Below, piece after piece: positions 11,400 to 23,960 of a stretch of 64,000 nt of DNA. Below the pieces are notes generated by a model, which worked only from the letters and a program-made list of their open reading frames with translations, was not told the DNA's origin and did not search any database. Every line of letters starts with the position of its first letter. Position 1 is the stretch's first letter. The position numbers were made by a program, and so were the translations under genes. The DNA is from Camelus dromedarius (lineage: Eukaryota): the NCBI RefSeq assembly GCF_036321535.1, contig NC_087436.1, positions 35,652,001-35,716,000 of the forward strand. Reading direction: 5' to 3'.

Positions 11400-11850
11400 C
11401 TATCAATCAGCAAATATTTACTGCATGCCAGCCATACCCAAGTTAACATGGTAGGAACTGCGGAAATGCAAGGAAGGAAAAAGCACAAGCTTCATCCTCA
11501 GGGAGCTTCCCAGTTGGAGAAAGAGGACAATTTGCAAGTGAGGCTGGATGACTGGTTACAGGAGCACAAGGGAGTGCTAAGTGGCTGGGGCAGTGCAGGA
11601 CACGTGCAGTGGAAGAACAGGGGTGGAGAAGTTCCTGGTGACACGGATAGTTCAAAATCATTTCAGAGAAGGCTCAACGGATGAGTAAGATTCAGAAAAG
11701 TTAAAAGGAGGGAGAAAGGGAAAGAGAGACTCTGGGTGGGTGAGACCAGCCTAAAGAATTTCAGCGTAATCTCAGAGGGATACAAAGGTAACAAGGGTTC
11801 TGAACAAAGCATTGACATGAATAAAGTAGCATTTTAAGAAAATTTCTAGA
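11400..11850 (-). mobile_element. L2 fragment
   Basis: 'tcaatcagcaaatatttactg...cctcagggagcttcccagtt...agcattttaagaaaat'. Confidence 0.6.
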
Positions 11851-12229
11851 TTCGGGGTCCATAGAGCCTCCCAGGGCTGAATTATTAGTAGAAATGAGCG
11901 TTTGTGATTCCCTTCTCTCCCATTTTCAAGAATTTTGTGGTCCATTTGTCTGTGCTTACAACACCTTCAGTTCACATAATCCCTCAGATTTGAGTTCACC
12001 TTTCCAAAACAGGAGAGGATGGGGGTAGCAGGCATGGGATTTGCCAAAAGCTAAATCCATCTTGTACTCAGACCGCATGGCCACGCGCTTGATCCAAACT
12101 GGGTACTGACAGCTCCTCAGGCTCAGAAACCTCTGAAAGAGAGACACACCCACCCAAATGTCGTCTCTCTTCCTTTAATAGAGTGATGGAAATAGAGAAG
12201 TTTTATCCTTATAGTAAACATATTCTCTT

Positions 12230-12720
12230 GTTTTTCTTCATTATATAAATAATACATGCTTATTGTAAAAAATTAAAATACATCAAAGAATAAGGAAGAA
12301 ATCACCTGGAGTTCCAATCCCCCAAGACAACTATCATTAATATTTAATAGAGATTCACTTTTTAAGTACCTCGTCATGTGCAAGTACATAAACGCACATA
12401 TTTTGTAATTTAATGATGGTATCGGCAATGTGTTAATAACAAATATTTTGTTGTCTTTTAACTTTCCCTTCTTCTCTTTCCCACCCCCTAGTCCTGCTCT
12501 TCCTGCACTGGCTTTATATACCTAGTATATATCTTCCATTATTTTATGCTCTTATAAATGTATTACATATACATAAGACAGGATTTTTATTAGCATTGTT
12601 AAATTTATAAAAGTAGCATCCATCCATCAAACACATTTCTCTGCATCATATTTTGCCCACTCAACAGTGCATTATGAGAATTCCTCTGTTAAGTGACATT
12701 TAATTCATTCTTCTAAATAT
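12230..12720 (-). mobile_element. Old L1ME-like fragments
   Basis: 'aaataatacatgcttattgtaaaaaatt' and 'cccactcaacagtgcattatgagaattc...taattcattc'. Confidence 0.5.
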
Positions 12721-12724
12721 TTCT

Positions 12725-12970
12725 TAATAACTCATATTTATTGAGTACTTACGATATGCCAGAAACTGTCCCCATATTATGCTGCCAGTTTTACTTAATT
12801 CTCACAAAAACCTTATGAGATTGGTATCACTGTTGTCCTCATTTTATGGATGAGAAAACGGAGACACAGAAGCTTAGCACCACTCCCGAGGCCGTTCATC
12901 AGACATTTAAGATGACTACAAGGATTAAAGCCCAGGCAGCCTGACGCTAGAGCCATGCTATTAAGCCCTA
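12725..12970 (-). mobile_element. MIR SINE
   Basis: 'tttattgagtacttac...cctcattttatggatgagaaaacggagacacaga...ggattaaagcccaggcagcctgac'. Confidence 0.88.
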
Positions 12971-13034
12971 CACCATAAGGCTGAGCCAGGCACACGGGGC
13001 CAACCAGCCTGGCTGAGCCAGCCCGTCACTACTG

Positions 13035-13206
13035 GGCATGCTTTTTTTCTTCATTCATTCTTTTTGTGAGAGGGAAGTAATTCAGTTTATTTATTTACTT
13101 ATTTTTGAAGGAGTTACTGAGGACTGAACCCAGGACCTTGTGCATGCTAAGCATGCACTCTACCACTTGAGCTACACCTTAGTCCCCACCCTACCCCCGG
13201 CATGCT
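13035..13206 (-). mobile_element. tRNA-derived camelid-type SINE, long form, with TSD
   Basis: 'gaacccaggaccttgtgcatgctaagcatgcactctaccacttgagctac'; TSD ggcatgct at 13035-13042 and 13199-13206. Confidence 0.88.
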
Positions 13207-13287
13207 CTTGATTCCAGTTTTTTGCCACCACGATAATATTTCAGTAAATATCCTTGGACGTACATCCTGATCTATGGGTGTTTTATT

Positions 13288-13545
13288 TCTTTTATTCAAC
13301 AAATATTTAATGAGGACCTACTCTGTGCCAGAGACAATTCTAGATACTAGCGTTTCAGTGGTGAGGGAGACAGACGCAGTCCTTGCTTTCATAGAGTCAC
13401 ATTCTGGTGGGAGAAGACCATAAATGAATGAATGAATGAATGAATGAATGAGTGAATTTGAACAAGAAAAACAGGAGATAATGCCACTAAGTCATCTGCG
13501 GAGAATTCAAAGAGGGTGATGTGATGGAGAGTCACTTGGTGATAC
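13288..13545 (-). mobile_element. L2 3' end containing (GAAT)n
   Basis: 'ttattcaacaaatatttaatgaggacctactctgtgccag...gtccttgctttcatagag'; (tgaa)n at about 13422-13456. Confidence 0.8.
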
Positions 13546-15309
13546 CTAGAGACATTTCTTACACCACACAGTTCCCCAGATGTGGGATTGCTGGGTTAAA
13601 AGATACGATTTTTTAAAATTTTAATACTATTGCTACTTTGCTTCCTAAAAGGTTTACTTCCAATAGGATCTCATTTCTAACAAGAGAAATACATATTTTA
13701 AAAATAAACTTCTCTTGTCTTCCTTTTTGATTCCCTAGGGAAAGTTTTTAAAGATTTTTCTCTCTCTGCTAATTACGCTGACCTATTTCAAATTCAACAT
13801 ATATAAACGTTCATCAGCTACAAGGTAAACATCAAAAACTACTTTCTATTACTCTGTGCACTTAAAAAAAAGTGTGTACTTTTATACTCCTTTCTGTACA
13901 CTTCATATACACATATACCTATAGAGCTCTTCTAGGAAATCAAGAACGTGCTCAGGGACCAGTCTCAAATGAAACAGGTGGGTTTGTTGGTGAGGTAGGG
14001 GTGGAAAATAGTCTTGTCTCCTATTCTGAATACAGAGAGTAAGAGTGAGCATTTTTTAAAGACAGTTGAACATGACTGAGCTTTAAAAAACAGCAAGGAA
14101 GCAAGCCTAGTGGGTTGAAAAGAGATTCCTATGAAGACAAATCATGATCAACATTAAAAAGCAGCCCTTGAGGGGCTGAGGCATTTCAGGAGCAGCTATC
14201 AAAAGCATACCACTGAAGCCACCATCCATAGCCTAAGGAGCTAGACTTTCCCACCACGTCCCCTTTCCTTCCCCACAGGCCTGCCTGGTTATCACAAGTG
14301 TGCAGGGACCGTCATTATTGAAAGGACTTATAAATATGCAACAGGTATTTCATGGGAGAAAGTGCAACTGAATAACTTCCAACCACCCTAAGACGCAGAA
14401 AGGAGGAGAGCCTGTCTTGCAGCTCTCACCAGTCCCACGACCCCTGCAGCCATTCCAGGGAAAAGGAAGCAGCATCCTGACACCCCGTCTCTGCCCACTG
14501 CCCTGCCGTGTCAGAGTGAGGGCAAGGCAGCATCCGCACCTAAATCCGGCCTCTCGCCTTAAAGGGCTACACGGGAAAGCAGGGTTTTATGTTAACCGTG
14601 TTCCACAAGCTATGGAAAGAATTCCACGCCTAATCTTTTTTTTTCCCCTCCCTTGAAATCAGATCTTATTCCTAACTTTAGTCATCCTGCCTGGTTTCCT
14701 TTTCTTAATGGAGTGAAATTTATGTCTATGATTAGAGAACTGGCTTGGGAAAACCATTTGAGTTTTAAAAGTTATATGTTTTAGCAATAATAGATACAGG
14801 AATCCTGGAAGAAAACCAGTATGTTTTGGATGTTAATTCAGACATCGTAATGACTTGCTATTTCCATCCACAGTTAGTAGGTAATGGTGGTATTAGGCAT
14901 ATTTGAGGGGGAAAAAAATTGAGCTGAAAGTTTTCACAAGGATAGCATAGTGATAAATTTAAAATTATAGCCTAGATATATAGCTTTTGGGCTAACATGT
15001 CTGGGATTATTTTGAAAATGAAGAATAAGGTGACATTCATTAAAAGCGTAGCTCTTCTGGAAGTGCATTTACTATAAGCAAGACACTGGAACTCTAGCTG
15101 TCATACACACAGGAAAAAAGAAATCAGATGTTCTTTGCTTTATGCAAGAGATATGTTCCTTAATTCAACCGTAGTTTTCAAGGTCTCAGGGAGACTCACT
15201 AGAAATGAAATGATGTGGTCAGACGTTAGGGGGACAGGAGCAAGGCCACAAAATACCCTTTGCCCAACCACAAAAGGCCAAATCCCTCCTGGTTAGAGGC
15301 CGCCGGAAG

Positions 15310-15490
15310 AGTCCAGGAGCTCTGTGCTCAGAACTGCACAAATCTGGATGTAACTCCCTCTACCTTCTCGCTGTGTGACTTAGAGCAAGTTACTTAATAT
15401 TTCTGAACCTCATTTACAAAATTGGGTGTTGTCAGTACTCTGCTTCAGAGGGTGTCGTGAGAATTAAACGAGATAATGTATATAAAACAG
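15310..15490 (+). mobile_element. MIR SINE
   Basis: 'gctgtgtgacttagagcaagttacttaatatttctgaacctc...gtgagaattaaacgagataatgta'. Confidence 0.82.
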
Positions 15491-17849
15491 AGAAGACATC
15501 AGTTACATTTTTGTTCCTTCCTCCTTCCCACCCAGTTGTTATGCTGGCTCTAGGATCATTAAATTAGAAGAAAGGAGGCCCAAAGAAATAAAAGAGGCAG
15601 ACAGGGGTGAAAAGGAAGAGCTGCCTGGGAGTGGTCTGTACTTAACTTGGCAGCACAATCTCAATTAAAGAACTAAAGAAACACCACCCATACCTGACAC
15701 ACAACCCTCTCCTGAAGCACAGAATGCTTCTGCAATATGAATAATTGTATCTTAATGCTTTTCATGTCTAAATCTTTCTAACAAAGGCATACTCATTCAC
15801 TTATGTAGCTGCAACACAGTTTAGCGATACTGTAAAAATATATAATTTATAGCACTCATTCCAAAGCCGTTCATTTAAATGCGATGGGCCTAGGAGAGTG
15901 CTAAAACACGTAATAAAATAGTTATTCATTCTAAGAGCACAATAGCCTAAAATATATATATATTCCAAGATATGGCAAGCGTGTCAAATATGAAAAACCA
16001 AATCTACAACCCCAGGAAGTCATTTAACGTACAAATTCTCAAATTCTCAAATATCACTATAGCAGATAGCACCTCCACAACGTGTAGGAAAGTACATTTG
16101 AAAAGTCTAAGTGACTCTTTAAGATTCTTGATGGGTTAATAAGTTGAAAAATATAGGATTAAAAATTGTCTAAAACTACGTTCTGGCTAAGACATTTCAT
16201 TTTCGTAGACCCTCACTTGTTTCCATCAAATGCTCAGGTGACTTTTTTGTGTGTGAAGGTCCATTTTTCACAGGGAACCAAATGCGATCACTTGACAAGA
16301 GTTACGGGCTACATCCATCGGGACTTGTGAAGAACCACAGACTCACCCTGAAGTCGTGGGCACGTTGTTCACTGCAGAAGGCGCCTGTTCCCACACACAG
16401 GATGAAATTTCAGAGCTTCGGGCCTGACAAAGGTTCTACACTAGGCTTTTAGGATGCTTCCTGAGTAGGTGAAACTGCCAGCGTTAACTCCATAACTGCC
16501 AAAGGCCTAACACTACAGACAGAGGAGACATGCAGTTAACCACGTCCCCCAGACTCCAGCATATACAGGAACTGAGAGGAAGTGACACACGTCTTAAATC
16601 AACTTTAAAGCTAGTGTCTTTTACAGGCGTCTCTCTTCTTTTGAACAGAGAGGGGTAAAAGTCAGATACCTGCTGGGAAATCGAGGCCCTGCCTTGAGAC
16701 AGCCATCGATGATGAGAGAGCTGTCTTTACATCATTTCAGAATCCAAATTACCCACACCCCATACACCATGATGTGAGAAGTCATTTAGCAAGGAGAGTT
16801 TTTAAGTTCATCTCCTTCTTTGCTCTGCAGTTCCCTGAGACTCCCAGACAGAGTTAGCGAGGTACCTGGTTTTCTAGACAATTTGCCAAAAGTTAGTTTT
16901 TTTTTTCATTATTGCTAAAGACTACTGAAATATATTTGAGACTCTTTTTTTTTATTACACATTGTAAAACACAATCAATTCACTCATAAGTTAAAAAAAT
17001 AGTCAATTCAGTAAAGAGGGGGAAAATTACACCAATTCATTCTTTGTGTGATGCAAATCCACACAACCAGACTATCTCCCATCTTCTTTTAAACTTTTAA
17101 CGTGTTCTTTTGGTATAATTTAGATACACACGGAGATGATTTTACATAGCACCAATCCTCTGATTAAAATATTTTTAAAAGATTTCATACCAACATGTCT
17201 TTCTCCTAGTATTTCTCAGACGAATACAGAAAAAAAAAAACATTGTAATCAATTTTCTGCTCCCCATTTCCACCAACATCTCCATCACCACAGCCAGTCC
17301 CAAATTGCTTTATTGCAGTGGAATTATGTTATAATGTCAAATTGCTGTAATTCAAGTTTCCAGGCTAGAGGGAAAGCCTTGTGTAGGGTTAGTCTTTTTA
17401 AGGTGAATCAGCGAATGAAAAGAAATGTGTTGTAGAAGAGCTAAGGAAGAAGGGGAAGGAATTTCACAGGGGAGAGAAGGAAGTAACTCCCACAGAGTCT
17501 TTCCAGGCCCCCTCTTCCCTCTCACCCCTTTGTGTATTCCTGGAGCCTTGTTTCTGTGGGTGTAAGGGCATTGGAGGGAGCGGGAGGACGACTGAAGGGC
17601 GGTGGCCACTTGGTCCTGGGCTAAGGAATTTAAAGAGTTCATATCGGGGCCCCCACTACTGCCCCCTACTTCTCTCTCCTCTGTTCTAATGCCCTCCTGT
17701 GCTCAACTGGCTCCTTTCCAGGTAGAGAGTGGCGGATACAGGGACCAGAGCAAATATCGCTGGAAGACAATTCTTTGTTGTAGAAAAGGAGTTACAACCA
17801 AATCAATACAGCTTCCTTCCTGCCAGCCCCTACCTGACGCAGAAGTGAC

Positions 17850-19500
17850 ACTGTTATACCAGAGGCTCCTTGGAAATGAGAGTCCCCCGCTCCCCACTCT
17901 CCTTCATTGAATAAAGAGTCATTCAAAATTATTACGAGTGGAGACCTCTGCCAGACCCGAAATACAAAGATGGCATGACAGGAAGACGGCCCCGCCCTCC
18001 ACGTGCCAGGAAGGGGTGGCCCAGGGAATGAGAGTGTAAAATCTAACTTCCCTTTGCAGCTCTTTTTCTCCTCTAATCAGGCCCACATGTTTAGTGCAGG
18101 GGAACAAAATGTGGTGAGGAGGGAAGGATTATAAAAATGTTCGCTTTCATCCTACAGATACGAGAAAACAAGAACATATTGCCATTACTCGACAACTTTA
18201 TAGCTCCAAATAACACGCGCACGCAGTAAATCACGGGAGGGGTGCACGGGCTGCACCACACGAGCACCTCTCGTTTGCTCAGTGCGATTCTAGCCCCGTG
18301 CCAGGCTGTCCAGGGCCCTGGACAGGGAGAGGAGGAAGGGCGGGGAAGACAGGAGGCAGCGAAGACTCCATCTGCTCTCAGAGCCAGCAAGAGCCTGCCC
18401 ACCCCTGGTCCCTCCAGAAACCTTCCTTCTCTTCTTAAGAAATGACAGAAATCAGGAAATATTACTTCGGCTTGCAGGCTTCTGTCCTGGCCTATCCAAC
18501 CCACAGAGAAGTCCCAGCAAATTACTGGAAACTGCACTTTGAACTTAGCCCCTGGCAAGGAGCCCAGTCAAACAGAAATGTAAAAGTTCCTTTCCTCCGA
18601 GGGGCCCCTGCACCAGGGTGTCCCTACAGACACTCGGAGAGCTGATTGCAACAGGTTGGAATGAGGCCCTGGGCCAGGAAAACAAGCCCTGACCAGTATG
18701 ATTTCCTACTGCCTGTGTTGTTTCTTTAAAAAGTTTTTTTTGGCTTGTTCCCTCTCGTTTTGTTGGACTGGGTTACAAGCTCAGGTCCCATCGAGGAAAA
18801 AACTGGTACCATTTTCACAAAATGCTTCGGCCTTGTTTCATTCAAAAACTGCTCCATTGGCCCCACCGGTCAGCTTGGTAATGTTGAGGGGGCAGCAGCG
18901 GTGGGGGTACCGGTCAGGCCAGTTGCTAAGCAACTTCTCTGACCTCCCAGGAAAACGAGAAGTAATGAGCTGGCAAAGCCTGAAGATATTTCCACCTCCG
19001 ACAAGGGAGATGATCTCTCTCTGCGCACCACACTTCACTACACCGGGTTACCGGAAACCAACAACACGGACAGTCAGAGCAGAAGCAGCTTCTGCAGTGC
19101 CTGGTCCCCGGCTGCTTCTCTTTCTTAAGAGGAAACAACCCAAACATTGGCCTCTTTCTAGCTCTGTTCTATTTCTAAGAAAACCCAATTTGCACAAGCA
19201 AATAAACTGACTCATTATAAAACTCAGAGGTCAGCGAGAGACAGATAAAACTAAAGGTTAGACAGCTGGAGAAACAAGCCTGTATTCCAGCTGCGGTGGG
19301 AGCCCCTCGGAGGAAGCAGTAAATCCCCCGGGACCCATCAGCAACCCCTGAAGCGGAGGGGGTGCGCCCCGTATCCACTTTCTGTCTGCACAGACATTCC
19401 TCTCTCAACTACTAAAACGGATTCAGATCGCCGCCAGATCTGGCCAGCAGTGACCTGACTCTGCCAATGGGCAGTTGTTCTAAGTGCTTCCTCCTAAAGG
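17850..19500. promoter_or_regulatory. Repeat-free, CpG-retaining candidate enhancer or alternative promoter
   Basis: GC box at about 17988, CACGTG 18000-18005, ATTGG 18856-18860, palindromic X-box 18922-18934 and TGACTCA 19208-19214. Confidence 0.45.
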
Positions 19501-20329
19501 GGCTTCTTCCGATGATATTTGTAGGGTTTCACATGCAGAGGAGGAACAATCCAGCGATCTACTCTTCTGATAATTTTATAAAGAAAATTCCCCAAAATGT
19601 GGGGGTTTTTTAAGTCCTATGTTCTTTCTAAAGATCTCAGAGTTGGAGGAACTGCAGCCTCTCCCCGCCTCTCTGACCTCTGACTGACCCAGTTCTATTA
19701 TAATCAACAGCCAATGACCACCATACGTTTCCCCCTGACAGTGTGACTGGGTAAGGCCCCCTTTACAGGGCACTCCCCGCTGGCCCTGCATATTCCAGGG
19801 AGGTTCCCACAGCTTTTCCACTGTGATTGTTAAAGCTAAGCTCTACCATTTGCTCCCTCCTTTCCTACCTCCCAGTGGTTCTAGAAGTCATTCAAGAAGA
19901 ACAACAAACCCAGACCTCACGTCATGTCTGTAAAGATGGTGTGTACTGGCAAAGTGTTCTGGCCTTCATGTTTTCAATATGCATTTATGATGATTCTCTC
20001 TAGAGAAGCCAATCTTCCCATATAGATCCCCCTCAGGCTCTGTGTCCTCCTCTACAGAATGACCTGGGAGGACACTAGCTAACCCTTGGGGAGGCTGTGC
20101 CAGTAGATGGCAAGGGTGAGTGGTCACACTCAGCACAGGAGAAAGTCCCCGTGAATAGATGGAAATAGAAGACTGGACGTGAGATAAGAGGTCACAGCCG
20201 AAGAGGAGCCTCTGTGCCTCCCAGGAGAGTGACGCCCGCCAGTTGTATGAGGACCACCCTCCCCAGAAAAAAAAGATCCAAGGATGTGAAGCAGTGTCAG
20301 AACTGAGCTTGGTGGATAAGGCGAATTAG

Positions 20330-20502
20330 AACAGTGTTTCTTGAACTCCGAGGTGCACGAGAAACCCCAGGAACGCTGAACCAACAGGCAGACCCCTCAG
20401 CTGCCCCCAGCCTCCTCTCAGCGGTTCTGATCCATTTGGTCTGATCAGGCCCCAGGGGATTCTGATGCTGGACATTCATAAACCAAACTTTGAAAAACAC
20501 CA
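20330..20502. mobile_element. MER5-type MITE
   Basis: Ends 'cagtgtttcttgaact' and 'actttgaaaaacacca'; internal 'ggggattctgatgc'. Confidence 0.6.
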
Positions 20503-21299
20503 ACTTAGAGAAGAAGAGGAATCGGGAAGGGTGAAAACAGAGAGGCACAGAAGGCAGCAAGAAACAGACCTAGAAAGTGGAAAAACCAAGATGGTGTAGC
20601 AATAGTTCAGAATTTGAAAAAGAAGAAAGTTTGCTAAGGGGCTGAGGGAGGGCAGGGACATTCAGCTCTCTGGCAAGGCCTGAGTCTCCGTAAGACAAAG
20701 TCTTCTTAAGACAAAGGTAAGAAGTAGGTTTGGGGTTTTTTTTTTTTTTGGTTGTTGTGGTTTTTTTGGGCTTATTCTGTTGAATGCTCAAATTCCACTA
20801 AAAAATATGATAAACAAACAAGCATTCTTACATTTGTATTATGCCAGTAGGACGTTCAAGTGAAAATATTCTAAAATTCAAAAGTTAATTTTTCAGAAAA
20901 GCAGCTTCACTCAAGCAGTATGGACAGCTGGCTGCCTGGAGTCATACAACTAAATCATCAGGATCTGCACAGAACTAAAATCACTCTATGTGTACTAATA
21001 ACAAAAAACATCCATTTCTTCAATTCACCAATTACATTAAACACCCAATGCATGAACATACATTCTAAGCTACAGAGACATAGAAAGCTGGAAGAACTGA
21101 GGTTGCAAAGAAGGCCTCCGTCGCCATTCAGAAATCCAAGGAACCAAGGAATTTCAGTTGTGTCAAATCACACGGAAGACCAGAGCCATGTGGGTAGTGA
21201 CTAGCGGTGAGAGAGGGGGAATTCTGAGCACTTGCCCACCAGACAAAGTCCCAGTGCCAAAAAGCCTTGCCCACCCCCATCTCCATTCATTGGACAATG

Positions 21300-21700
21300 A
21301 CTACCTCAAAGGGATGAAACACAGAAGAGAAAAGATGTCTAGGAGATCCACCTTGTGACTAATCAGATTCCAGAAAAAGAGAACAGAGAATGTATCATGG
21401 AAGAAATGATCAAAGAGATACTATGAAAAAATCCCCCATAACTGAAGGACACAAGGAGGGCCCATTAAGGGAGCAGCCCACTGAATAATAAAAGATTTAC
21501 GGCAAAGCACTTCAGTGTTGAGTTGAGAGAATCCTAAACGCTTCCGAAGAGAAAAAAGAAAGCTTACAAGTAAAGGGCTGGTGGTCAGAACTGCTGTCAC
21601 ACTCCTCAGAAGTAATACCTTCAGGCAGAAGACAATGGAACGATGCCTTCAAAATTCGGAAGGAAGGGGATATCCAAAATCTAGGTTCACATAACCAAGC
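21300..21700 (+). mobile_element. L1/HAL1 ORF1 fragment
   Basis: 'ttccagaaaaagagaacagagaa...gagaatcctaaacgcttcc...agaagacaatggaacgatgccttcaaaattc'. Confidence 0.7.
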
Positions 21701-22574
21701 AGGAGAGTAACTAACACTCTATATGACACGCAGGCTAGGTGGACAACTCACTCTTCTCTCACTGAGCATGCCTTTGCTAAGGCCCCTACTTGAGATTATC
21801 TGACCCAGGCTGCCTCTTTTAAGGAGCTGCTTTTACTCAGACAAGATGCACTAAGAGTTTTCCCCATAATGCCTCATGCTCACGGGGATTTAAATTCTGC
21901 TGCCTGAGCTCACGACCCCTTGCCTTAATCCTTAGTTTCTTAACTACCTTTACTATTAACCTTGCTGTCTGCCCCCACTCCCCATCCAACCTGGGCCCTC
22001 ACCTCCACATTTGCATTGTAAGTTCTTCTCCAGGACCCAGGGATGTTGCATATGGCTATTTACGTACCTTCTTCCTAAATACCAGGGCAGCCCTCACTTA
22101 GCCTGCGCCACCCTAACAGTGGATAGAAGACAGGAAAGGTCAAGCGGGGCCAGGTGGAAGTTCAGAAAAACAGAGAAATAAGAGAATCTGCTACTAAGAA
22201 GTGCCTCTGGACTACAACTGAAGAGTCTTGTGTTTTGTCCATATCTGAGCTCTCTAGGGTGGAAGAACACACAGGGATCCCAGGCAGCTCTTTTAAGAAA
22301 TGTGCATTTGCCCGGAACATCATCCTTGTCATAACTCTGAGGATCCTTAAGCCCAGCGGTGGAAGAGAACCTCTATGGAGCTCAGGGTCAGCAGAGAAGA
22401 GGTAACCCCACTGCTTACTTACTTACTCCACCACCATTAACAGCATGTCCCTATATAACAATGTGTGAAGCCCAAAAAAGCATCTGAGACATCAGGACAT
22501 CCTAGATATCAGGATTTTAAAAATTAGGTGTATGTCATATTTACTTGGAAATAAACAATACAAATTCCCCCAAG

Positions 22575-22790
22575 CTCCAGTCCTGCACCACACTCAACCT
22601 GTCCAAAATCTCATTCAGGACCTCCTTCCCTAAAACTCCTCCTCCTCCACCTCCTCCCCCAGCTTCCTTATTTTAGTCACTGGCATCACCAGCACCTCTT
22701 TCACGTGCTCACAAAGCTGGGTGTGTCCTTCGATGCTCCCCATCCCTCAGGCCCAGCTGAGGAAATCCCGTCACACCTGAAGAGTTGGCC
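22575..22790 (+). mobile_element. L2 fragment
   Basis: 'cactcaacctgtccaaaatctcattc...ttagtcactggcatcaccagcacc'. Confidence 0.55.
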
Positions 22791-22949
22791 GTCCTCCGCA
22801 GGAGCTCCCCCTCGTTCCTCCACCACCTTCTCAGGGGCACCCCAGTTCAGGTCCTTATTCCCTCCACCTAGTTCATGGTTTCCCAGCTACTGCCACTAAA
22901 TAAATGATGCCAGGGCAGAGTTCTGATCATTTTCTGTAGCAGAGACCAT

Positions 22950-23450
22950 GCCCAAGCTGCTTCCAATACCCATATTCTCTTTTGTCTCAGTAACAAAGCC
23001 CTGCCTTTCAGCCAGTTACATCCCTGCCCAGAATAAAGTGTACATTTCTTAGCCTTCCTTGAAACCAGGAGTGGCAATGAGATTCAGTTTGGCCAATGGA
23101 TGTAAAACAATGGGCCATGAGGGACTGCTGAGAAGGCTGATAAGAGTTGGCTGACTCATCTGGGATGCACCCCACTTTTATCTTTCACTCCTCCTTCCAG
23201 CCCATGATGCAGGCATGGTGGGTGGAGTCTGGCAGCCATCACGGACCGTGAGGTAACTGTGAGGATGAAAGCTGGCTTCACTAGAACAGAAAAGCAAAAC
23301 ACTAGGAGGGGCCTGGCTCCCTGATGACTGCCTGGAATTTGCATGCCTTCCCCAAATTGCCAATCTCCAAAGGCTTTTATATAAGGAAGTAACTCTTCCG
23401 TGCATAAGCTACTATTTTCCAGGTCTCTGTTACTCAAATCATCACTGACA
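22950..23450 (+). mobile_element. MLT1-type MaLR LTR
   Basis: 'cccagaataaagtgtacatttcttagccttccttg...ggcagccatcacggaccgtgaggtaac...gcctggctccctgatgac'. Confidence 0.78.
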
Positions 23451-23659
23451 AAGTTTTGCAGTCAAAAATCACTGGTGGCCTCTGAATTTCAAGGAAACAA
23501 CATCCAGACTCCTTGGCCGAGCACCCGGGGCCATACCAAATCTGGACAGAAACTTCACTTCCAGCCTTGTCTTCCACATCTTCCTGTCATGCAATTTACA
23601 ATCCAGCCAAACTAAACAGCTATGATTCCCAAGGAGCAGAGCCACCACCAAGTGCCTTA

Positions 23660-23960
23660 AAGAGAATCATCGAACGTTAGAGCTGAAGACCTGGGCAAGC
23701 CTCTGGAGCAGCAGGTTTGTAACAGTTGTCGTCAGTGAGTCTCCCTTTCCATTTAGTACACAGATGTCTGACACCAGATCCCAATATATAAAAGATACGA
23801 GCAGAGCTGCTCTGATTTCAAAACCACTGGCCTGGTCCAAGCTTTTATTCTATTTTTTTTAAAAGTGAGGAAACTGAGGCCCCTATGGATGGGAGTTGGT
23901 ATGACGGATCCAAGGCTGGCTGGTATCAGGTCTAAAACTAGAACCTAGGTTTCCTAACAT
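23660..23960 (-). mobile_element. MIR interrupted by a hAT-Charlie-like fragment (about 23705-23830)
   Basis: 'gaatcatcgaacgttagagctgaa' ... 'gagcagagctgctctgatttcaaaaccactg' ... 'gaggaaactgaggccc...ctagaacctaggtttcct'. Confidence 0.6.

Noticed and set aside
18698..19210. 170-aa + strand ORF with hydrophobic N-terminus
   Set aside because: No recognisable homology, antisense to the inferred gene, and the hydrophobicity comes from T-rich runs.
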